32,124 nucleotides of DNA. Source: Desulfobia sp. Its GTDB lineage: Bacteria > Desulfobacterota > Desulfobulbia > Desulfobulbales > SURF-16. A program made the translations under genes and the position numbers. Location: positions 1-32,124 of the forward strand of contig JBEPXR010000004.1 in NCBI GenBank assembly GCA_041641775.1. The letters run 5' to 3'. Within the stretch, counting starts at the first letter, position 1, and each line of letters starts with the position of its first letter. Below the pieces are notes generated by a model. It was not told the DNA's origin. It made no database searches and saw only the letters and a list, made by a program, of their open reading frames with translations. Positions 23,918 to 30,546 of the stretch are shown here, in pieces.

Positions 23918-26542
23918 ATGAAAGCTGGAAGCCGATTAGAAAAGATTCTCACTTCAGGTGAATTTGCTGTTACCGGAGAGCTCGGTCCGCCAAAAAGCGG
24001 AAGATCTGAAGTGGTCCGGGAAAAGGCAAGACTGCTGAAAGACTATGTGGATGCAGTCAATATAACTGACTGCCAAACCGCAATAGTCAGAATGTCCAGT
24101 ATAGGAGCCGGCCTCCTGGTTTTACAGGAAGGGGTCGAGCCCGTCATTCAGATGACCTGCCGGGACAGAAACAGGATAGGCATGCAGAGTGACATTCTTG
24201 GCGCCTCTGCTCTGGGGCTCAAAAATCTGCTCTGCCTGACCGGGGATCACCAGAAGTTTGGCAATCATCCCGGTGCCAAAGGGGTCTTTGATATGGACTC
24301 CATCCAGATGCTCGGAATGATGAAAGGAATGCGGGACGACAGCGTTTTCCAGTGTGGAGAAGAAATAAAAACCGATGCCCCTGAGTTGTTTCTCGGTTGC
24401 GCTGCCAACCCATTTGCCTACCCTCATGAGTTCAGGGCGACACGGCTGGCGAAGAAAGTCAATAGCGGAGCGGATTTTGTCCAGACCCAGATCGTCTATA
24501 ATCTGGATCGGTTCAGGGAATTCATGAAGATGGTTCGTGATCTGGGAGTTCATGAAAATACGTACATTCTGGCAGGTGTGACTCCCCCTAAGTCGCTTGG
24601 AATGGCAAGATACATGAAAAAAAATGTCCCGGGGCTGGATGTGACCGACGAAGTTATAGACCGGCTGCAGGATGCTTCCGATAAGGCTGAAGAGGGTATA
24701 AATATTTGTGTGGATATCATAAACCAGGTGAAAGACATCGAAGGAGTCGCTGGTGTCCACATAATGGCGATCGAATGGGAGGAAGCTGTCCAGGAGATTG
24801 TCAAAAGGGCAAAACTTGATAAACGCCCCCAGGTTGATCTTGAAATGCCTGGTTCTGTCCAGCCAGCCAGAGAAACGGTCGCAGTGCGCGGGACAGCTGA
24901 GGAAGATGTTGAGGCGGAGAGAGAACGCATTTTGGCCGAAGCCAGAGAAGAGGCTGCCAGAATGGTTGAATCTGCCCGGAAGCAGGTTGAACTGAAAGGA
25001 GAAATTCCATCCGGAGATGACGCAGGAGAGCATGAAATGAATGAAAAAGAGCGCCAGGCGGCCCTGGAAGCCGTCAATAGTGGTCTTAGGGCATTAAAGA
25101 CATCGTTGAATCTGAGTGATGAACAGTTCGAGGCATTGACCAGTTTTGCCGGAGCTGAAGCAATATTAAAAAAAGAGCCCCCTAAATCCGGCACACTGAA
25201 ATCCGTCCCGGTACCAAGTGTGACCGAGCAGGCCGAATCTGTTCCAGCGACTGAGACAGGCGCTGAAGCAGAAAAGGCCGAGGAGTCCAGGAAAGCTGAA
25301 GAAGCCAAAAAGGCTGAGGAAGCCAGGCAGAAGGCGGAAGAAGCTAAAAAGGCAGAAGAAGCTAAGAAAGCCGAGGAGACCAGAAAGGCTGAAGAGGCTA
25401 AAAAGGCAGAAGAAGCTGAAAAAGCCGAAGAAGCCAAAAAGGCGGAAGAAGCCAGAAAGGCTGAAGAGGCCAGGAAAGCCGAGGAAGCGGTAAAGACGGC
25501 TCCCGAACCTGAGAAGAAAGAGGTGAGTACACCGGCCAGTGCGGAACTTTCCGCTGCAGAACTTGATCGGGAAAAATCTTCTCTGGGTGAAAGGGCCTCC
25601 AAGGTGCCTGCGGACTCCTATACCATGAAATATACCGGCCAGATCAGGGAGACCGTCCTCGGCAATGGGAATAATCAGGTCAAGGTTGGGGGGGAACAGG
25701 TCCTGCCATTTCATCAGTTTGAAGGTAATATCCCCAATAAGCCCCTGATTGCCATGGAGGTACCCGACGTCAAGCCTGAGGAATGGCCCGAATCTCTTAT
25801 CCGGCATTTTGAAGATGTTAAGGACAGCCCGCTGGACTGGGCCCGTAAATGCATTAACGAATATAAAGCGGAAGCTATCTGTCTCTCCCTGGGCAGCACA
25901 GACCCCAACGGCAAGAACCGGTCTGCAGCTGAAGCCGCCAAGGATGCGGCCGAGGTTATCAACAACGTTGATGTTCCGGTTATCGTGTGGGGCTGCGGTA
26001 ATTCCGAAAAGGATACTGAGAGCTTGAGAGAAGTAACTGCCCAGATCGGCGACAAGAAGGTCTGTCTGGCTCCCTTGGAGGATACCAATTACAAATCGCT
26101 GGGTGCTACAGCCATGGCCTTCCAGCATCCCATGGTCGCAGCTTCTCCCATAGATGTCAACCTCGCCAAGCAGCTCAATATTCTTCTGGAGAATCTGGGA
26201 GTTTCTCTCGACACCATTTTGATGGATCCTTCCATAGGCGCCCTTGGCTATGGAATAGAGTATACCTACTCTGTGATGGAGAGGATACGTCTTGCCGCCC
26301 TCACCCAGCAGGATGAGAAACTGCAGAACGGCTTGATCTGCAACCTGGGAGTACAGGTCTGGAAGGCGAAGGAAGCCAAATTGCCCACCGACGACATGAT
26401 GGGCGATATGGAAAAACGGGGTATTATGATGGAGGCTATAACCGCATCCTGCATGCTTCTGGCAGGTGGTGAAGTTCTGATTATGAGGCATCCCAAAGCC
26501 GTTAATCTCACCAAGTCCCTTATCAAGGGGCTGTTAGGATAA
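23918..26542 (+). CDS. Fusion protein: methylenetetrahydrofolate reductase (MetF), helical/low-complexity linker, corrinoid Fe-S protein small subunit (AcsD/CdhD)
   Basis: aa 1 to ~304 are MetF (GELGPPK, DAVNITD, QMTCRDRNR, LCLTGD, GADFVQTQ, GVHIMAIEWEE). aa ~568-874 are AcsD (VGGEQVLPFHQFEG, STDPNG, SPIDVNLAKQLN, MDPSIGALGYGIEYTYSVMERIR, MRHP). One continuous frame. Confidence 0.9.
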   Translation: MKAGSRLEKILTSGEFAVTGELGPPKSGRSEVVREKARLLKDYVDAVNITDCQTAIVRMSSIGAGLLVLQEGVEPVIQMTCRDRNRIGMQSDILGASALGLKNLLCLTGDHQKFGNHPGAKGVFDMDSIQMLGMMKGMRDDSVFQCGEEIKTDAPELFLGCAANPFAYPHEFRATRLAKKVNSGADFVQTQIVYNLDRFREFMKMVRDLGVHENTYILAGVTPPKSLGMARYMKKNVPGLDVTDEVIDRLQDASDKAEEGINICVDIINQVKDIEGVAGVHIMAIEWEEAVQEIVKRAKLDKRPQVDLEMPGSVQPARETVAVRGTAEEDVEAERERILAEAREEAARMVESARKQVELKGEIPSGDDAGEHEMNEKERQAALEAVNSGLRALKTSLNLSDEQFEALTSFAGAEAILKKEPPKSGTLKSVPVPSVTEQAESVPATETGAEAEKAEESRKAEEAKKAEEARQKAEEAKKAEEAKKAEETRKAEEAKKAEEAEKAEEAKKAEEARKAEEARKAEEAVKTAPEPEKKEVSTPASAELSAAELDREKSSLGERASKVPADSYTMKYTGQIRETVLGNGNNQVKVGGEQVLPFHQFEGNIPNKPLIAMEVPDVKPEEWPESLIRHFEDVKDSPLDWARKCINEYKAEAICLSLGSTDPNGKNRSAAEAAKDAAEVINNVDVPVIVWGCGNSEKDTESLREVTAQIGDKKVCLAPLEDTNYKSLGATAMAFQHPMVAASPIDVNLAKQLNILLENLGVSLDTILMDPSIGALGYGIEYTYSVMERIRLAALTQQDEKLQNGLICNLGVQVWKAKEAKLPTDDMMGDMEKRGIMMEAITASCMLLAGGEVLIMRHPKAVNLTKSLIKGLLG
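25274..25492 (+). repeat. Coding tandem repeat: 12 copies of KAEE(A/S/T)x (18-bp unit, one 21-bp unit) inside the metF-acsD linker
   Basis: KAEESR KAEEAK KAEEARQ KAEEAK KAEEAK KAEETR KAEEAK KAEEAE KAEEAK KAEEAR KAEEAR KAEEAV, with synonymous codon variation between units. Confidence 0.95.
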
Positions 26543-26649
26543 AAAGTATGAGTTAAGATTTGTAAATTGCCAATCATGTCATACAGATAACCAGGATTCT
26601 GATTCGTAATTTACTGATCCGTAAGTAAATTTAACAGGAGCCAAACCCT

Positions 26650-28854
26650 ATGTCTAAAATAATCTGTTCAGCCGCGATCAGGGGAGCCCACAAAATAGTC
26701 GATATGGCTGAGGAAAAGTTTGAAGCTGTTCTGAAGGAATATGGTCCGGAACAGGAGGTTACCTTTCCGAACACAGCCTATTATCTCCCTGTAGTTTACA
26801 GCATGCTCGGCGCGAAGATCGAACGCCTTGGAGACATGAAGGATATTTTCCAGGAGTGCCGTAAACTTCTCCCGGAGGAAGTCAGCGAAACCAAGTGGCT
26901 TCCCTACCTCGCTCCTGCCCTGGACGCCGGGATGGCTACTTTTTTCGCCGAGGAGATGTACGAAGCCATAAAATATCTGGAGACTCCCGACCTCTATACC
27001 AAAACCGAAGATCCAACTGAAGACAACCTGTGGCTGGGAGCTGCTGACGACTTAATCTTCCGGAAGAGAGGAGTAGAATTCGTAGACGGCACAGCGCCAG
27101 GATTTGCTGCTATTATGGGTTCTCCAGCCGATAAGGAGATGGCCAGTAAGATCGCCCTGGAACTCCAGGAAAAAAATCTCTATATATTCATGCACGACCA
27201 GACAGACGGGATCTCCATGCCTGAGCAGCTGATAAAAAATGACGTTCAGGTAGGGTGGAGTACCAGATTGGTTCCTTTCGGGAAATCATATACTTCCGCG
27301 GTTTTCTCAATCGGGTTTGCCTGCCGGGTGGCCATGGCCTTCGGTGGAGTGAAGCCGGGAGACTATCGTGAGAACCTGATCTATAATAAAAACCGGACCT
27401 TCGCCTTTGTCATGCCCTTTGGACCGGTGAGCGACGAATGGTATGCCAACGCAGCCGGGGCTATTAACTGGGGATTTCCTACTATATCCGACTACGATAT
27501 CCCAGAGGTGCTCCCGACAGGAATCTGTACTTACGAGCATGTGGTGAGCAACATTCCCCACGAAGAGATTGTGCAGAAGGCTATAGAAGTTCGGGGGCTT
27601 AAAGTCAGCATCACCAAGATTGATATTCCCATGTCTTTCGGACCCGCCTTCGAAGGTGAACGGATCAGGAAGGACGATCTGTTTATGGAATGCGGGGGGG
27701 GGCGCACTGAGGCGGTGGAGCTCCTGGTATCCAAGGAGATGGACGAGGTGACTGACGGGGAGATCACTCTGGAAGGCAAGGATATCCAGGATATCAGCGA
27801 GGGAGAGAATCTTCCTCTGGCTATTCTGGTAGAAGTTGCCGGCCGGGAAATGCAGTCTGATTTTGAGCCCATTCTGGAAAGGCAGTTTCATCATCTGATC
27901 AACTACACCCAGGGTATCATGCATATCGGCCAGCGTAATATCATGTGGGTAAGAATTGGCAAGGCTGCAGTCGAAAAAAAGTTCTCTTTCAAGCACATCG
28001 GAAAGGTTCTTCATGGAAAACTTCATCAGGAGTTCGGCAGCATCGTGGATAAGGTCCAGGTGAAACTCTATACTGAGCTCGACAAAGTTAAAGAGGTTAA
28101 CGAGCTTGCCAAACAGACCTATGAGGAAAGAGACCGCAGGCTGGGTAATATGACTGATGACACGGAAGAAGTCTTCTACTCCTGCACCCTCTGTCAATCC
28201 TTTGCTCCCAGCCACGTTTGTGTAATTACCCCGGAGAGGGTGGGTATGTGCGGAGCCTACAACTGGCTGGACGGCAAGGCATCTTACCAGATCAATCCAA
28301 CCGGTCCCAATCAGCCCATAGAGAAAGGCGAATGCACCGACTCTGTACTCGGCGATTTTACCGGGATAAATGAATTCGTCAGTCAGGCATCCCGGGGAGC
28401 CGTGCCAGCGGTCAGCTGCTACTCTCTGATGAATAATCCCATGACTGCCTGCGGTTGTTTCGAATGTATCGCCGCCATGCTGCCTCAGTGCAACGGAATT
28501 ATGGTTGTTAACCGTGATTATATGGGGATGACGCCGAGCGGCATGAAATTTACTTCTCTGGCCGGCATGGCCGGTGGAGGTGCTCAGACCCCGGGTTTTA
28601 TGGGAATAAGCAAACACTATTTGACCAGTCGGAAGCTTTTCATGGCCGAAGGCGGCCTGAAAAGGGTGGTCTGGCTTCCCAAGATGCTCAAGGAAGAGCT
28701 CAAGGATAAATTGCAGACACGCTGTGAAGAATTAGGCATGCCCGAACTCTTTGATATGATTGCCGATGAAGAAGTCGGAATCACTGAAGAAGAGATTCTG
28801 CCCTTCCTCAAGGAGAAGGGGCATCCCGCTCTTGAAATGGAAACCGCTATGTAG
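26650..28854 (+). CDS. acsB: Acetyl-CoA synthase catalytic subunit AcsB (bacterial type)
   Basis: FPNTAYYLP N-terminal domain, GPAFEGERIR, A-cluster ligands YSCTLCQSFAPSHVC...GMCGA and MTACGCFECI. SD AGGAG. Confidence 0.96.
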   Translation: MSKIICSAAIRGAHKIVDMAEEKFEAVLKEYGPEQEVTFPNTAYYLPVVYSMLGAKIERLGDMKDIFQECRKLLPEEVSETKWLPYLAPALDAGMATFFAEEMYEAIKYLETPDLYTKTEDPTEDNLWLGAADDLIFRKRGVEFVDGTAPGFAAIMGSPADKEMASKIALELQEKNLYIFMHDQTDGISMPEQLIKNDVQVGWSTRLVPFGKSYTSAVFSIGFACRVAMAFGGVKPGDYRENLIYNKNRTFAFVMPFGPVSDEWYANAAGAINWGFPTISDYDIPEVLPTGICTYEHVVSNIPHEEIVQKAIEVRGLKVSITKIDIPMSFGPAFEGERIRKDDLFMECGGGRTEAVELLVSKEMDEVTDGEITLEGKDIQDISEGENLPLAILVEVAGREMQSDFEPILERQFHHLINYTQGIMHIGQRNIMWVRIGKAAVEKKFSFKHIGKVLHGKLHQEFGSIVDKVQVKLYTELDKVKEVNELAKQTYEERDRRLGNMTDDTEEVFYSCTLCQSFAPSHVCVITPERVGMCGAYNWLDGKASYQINPTGPNQPIEKGECTDSVLGDFTGINEFVSQASRGAVPAVSCYSLMNNPMTACGCFECIAAMLPQCNGIMVVNRDYMGMTPSGMKFTSLAGMAGGGAQTPGFMGISKHYLTSRKLFMAEGGLKRVVWLPKMLKEELKDKLQTRCEELGMPELFDMIADEEVGITEEEILPFLKEKGHPALEMETAM

Positions 28855-28951
28855 AAATGAAGGTTCCGGGTTCAAGAAACAGCTATCCCTCTAAGGAGGA
28901 GAACGAACCATGAGCCTTGCAAGAAAGTTATAAGAAAGAGGAGATAGAAAA

Positions 28952-30307
28952 ATGGCCTTAACAGGTATCCAGATACTGAAGATGCTGCCCAAAAAAAATT
29001 GTGGCGAGTGTGGAATTCCGACTTGTCTGGCCTTTGCCATGAAGGTAGCCGCCGGGCAGGCTGAAGTAGAGAAGTGTCCCTATGTTTCAGAGGAGGCCAA
29101 GGCGACCATTGGTGAAGCTTCAGCCCCTCCAATTCGAACCGTTAAGTTAGGTGAGGGGGAATCCTCCTTTACTACCGGTGGCGAAACCTGCCTTTTCAGG
29201 CATGAAAAGCGGTTTGAAAATCCTACTGGCCTGGCAGTGCTAATCCGTACAGACATGGCTGATCAGGATATTGAAGGACGGATAGAACGTTTCAAAGACC
29301 TTCGCTATGAGAGGGTCGGAGTCATGATGAAAGCGCAACTTATTGCCGTCAAGGACGCGGATGGTGACAAGGAGAAGTTCGTGACTCTGGTTAAAAAAGT
29401 TCTGGAATCCACAGATGATGCCGCGCTCATCCTGATGAGTGAGAAAGCCGAAAATCTCAAGGCCGGGGCCGAAGCTTGCGGAGAACGTAAGCCTCTCCTT
29501 TATGGAGTTAATTCGGAAAACGTTGATGACATGGCCAATCTGGCCAATGAAAGCGGTTGTCCACTGGGAATTAAAGGCAGCAATGTTGATGATACGGTTA
29601 CTATTTCCGAGAAACTCCAGGAAGGTGGGCTTAAGGATATGGTCATAGATACCGGGGCCAGAACTCTGCGGGCCGCTTTTGAAGATAATGTCGTGGCCAG
29701 AAGTTCAGCAATCAAGGCCAAATACAAGCCATTGGGATTTCCCACAATAACTTTCCCCTGTGAGATGACCGATGACCCGATGATGGAAGCCATGGTTGCC
29801 TCTGTGCTTATAGCCAAATATGCCGGAATCGTCGTCCTTTCAGATCTCCAGGGTGATATCCTCTTTCCCCTGCTGCTGGAGCAACTGAATCTTTTTACCG
29901 ATCCTCAACGGCCCATGGTCCAGAAGGAAGATCTTTACAATATCAATGGTCCTGGAGAGGATTCGCCGGTCCTGGTCACTTGTAACTTCTCTCTCACCTA
30001 TTTTATCGTATCCGGAGAGATAGAAGGCAGTAAAGTTCCGTCCTGGTTGATCGTCAAGGATACCGAGGGGTTGTCTGTGTTGACCGCCTGGGCTGCCGGT
30101 AAATTCGGTGCTGATCTCATTGCCCAGTTTATCAAGAAATCAGGTATAGAGGATAAAGTCAATCATCGTGATCTAATCATCCCCGGCTATCTTGCCAGCA
30201 TGAAGGGTGAACTGGAAGAAGAGCTGCCAGATTGGAATATTGTTATTGGCCCCCGGGAAGCGGGTCATCTTCCTGCTTTTCTGAAGGATTGGAAGCCCAG
30301 CAAGTAA
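28952..30307 (+). CDS. acsC: Corrinoid Fe-S protein large subunit AcsC (CdhE/gamma)
   Basis: LPKKNCGECGIPTCLAFA...KCPY [4Fe-4S] motif, FRHEKRF, FTDPQRP, NFSLTYF, GLSVLTAWAAGKF, GPREA. Confidence 0.96.
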   Translation: MALTGIQILKMLPKKNCGECGIPTCLAFAMKVAAGQAEVEKCPYVSEEAKATIGEASAPPIRTVKLGEGESSFTTGGETCLFRHEKRFENPTGLAVLIRTDMADQDIEGRIERFKDLRYERVGVMMKAQLIAVKDADGDKEKFVTLVKKVLESTDDAALILMSEKAENLKAGAEACGERKPLLYGVNSENVDDMANLANESGCPLGIKGSNVDDTVTISEKLQEGGLKDMVIDTGARTLRAAFEDNVVARSSAIKAKYKPLGFPTITFPCEMTDDPMMEAMVASVLIAKYAGIVVLSDLQGDILFPLLLEQLNLFTDPQRPMVQKEDLYNINGPGEDSPVLVTCNFSLTYFIVSGEIEGSKVPSWLIVKDTEGLSVLTAWAAGKFGADLIAQFIKKSGIEDKVNHRDLIIPGYLASMKGELEEELPDWNIVIGPREAGHLPAFLKDWKPSK

Positions 30308-30361
30308 ACAGACCGATTTTGCCGGACTGTCCCGGCAACAAAGCCGGGCCTGTCTGGCATT

Positions 30362-30404
30362 AAGGGGTAGTAAGTGTGATTACTTTTTGATTTACCCCTT
30401 TTTT
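30362..30404 (+). terminator. Possible intrinsic terminator after acsC
   Basis: AAGGGGTA...TACCCCTT stem (inner AGTAA/TTACT stem) running into a T tract. GC hairpin CCCGGC-N6-GCCGGG at 30331-30348 just upstream. Confidence 0.4.
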
Positions 30405-30546
30405 AATTGCTCCTTTAAGTGGTTGCAAACAGATCAGGCAGTACTTATCTTACTTAGGAAACGATGTACCACAATTGATAGAGCACAGCTGTCCTGGTTG
30501 GCAGTTAACGTGCATCTAATGAGTAACCTCCGAACTTGAATCTGAC

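Noticed and set aside
25274-25492. Periodic DNA considered as a CRISPR array
   Set aside because: No spacers; units are in-frame and vary at synonymous positions.
24550-25602. 350-aa minus-strand ORF with SSAFLA repeats
   Set aside because: Antisense shadow of the KAEE coding repeat.
27694-27702. G9 tract in acsB (also G8 at 17291-17298 in hypE) as phase-variation sites
   Set aside because: Both are in frame, encode Gly runs in core enzymes, and the reading frames are intact.
1524-28617. Long antisense ORFs (e.g. 1524-2474, 8766-9857, 22727-23689, 25166-26491, 27307-28617)
   Set aside because: They overlap well-supported genes on the other strand almost entirely and show no recognisable motifs; expected from codon bias.
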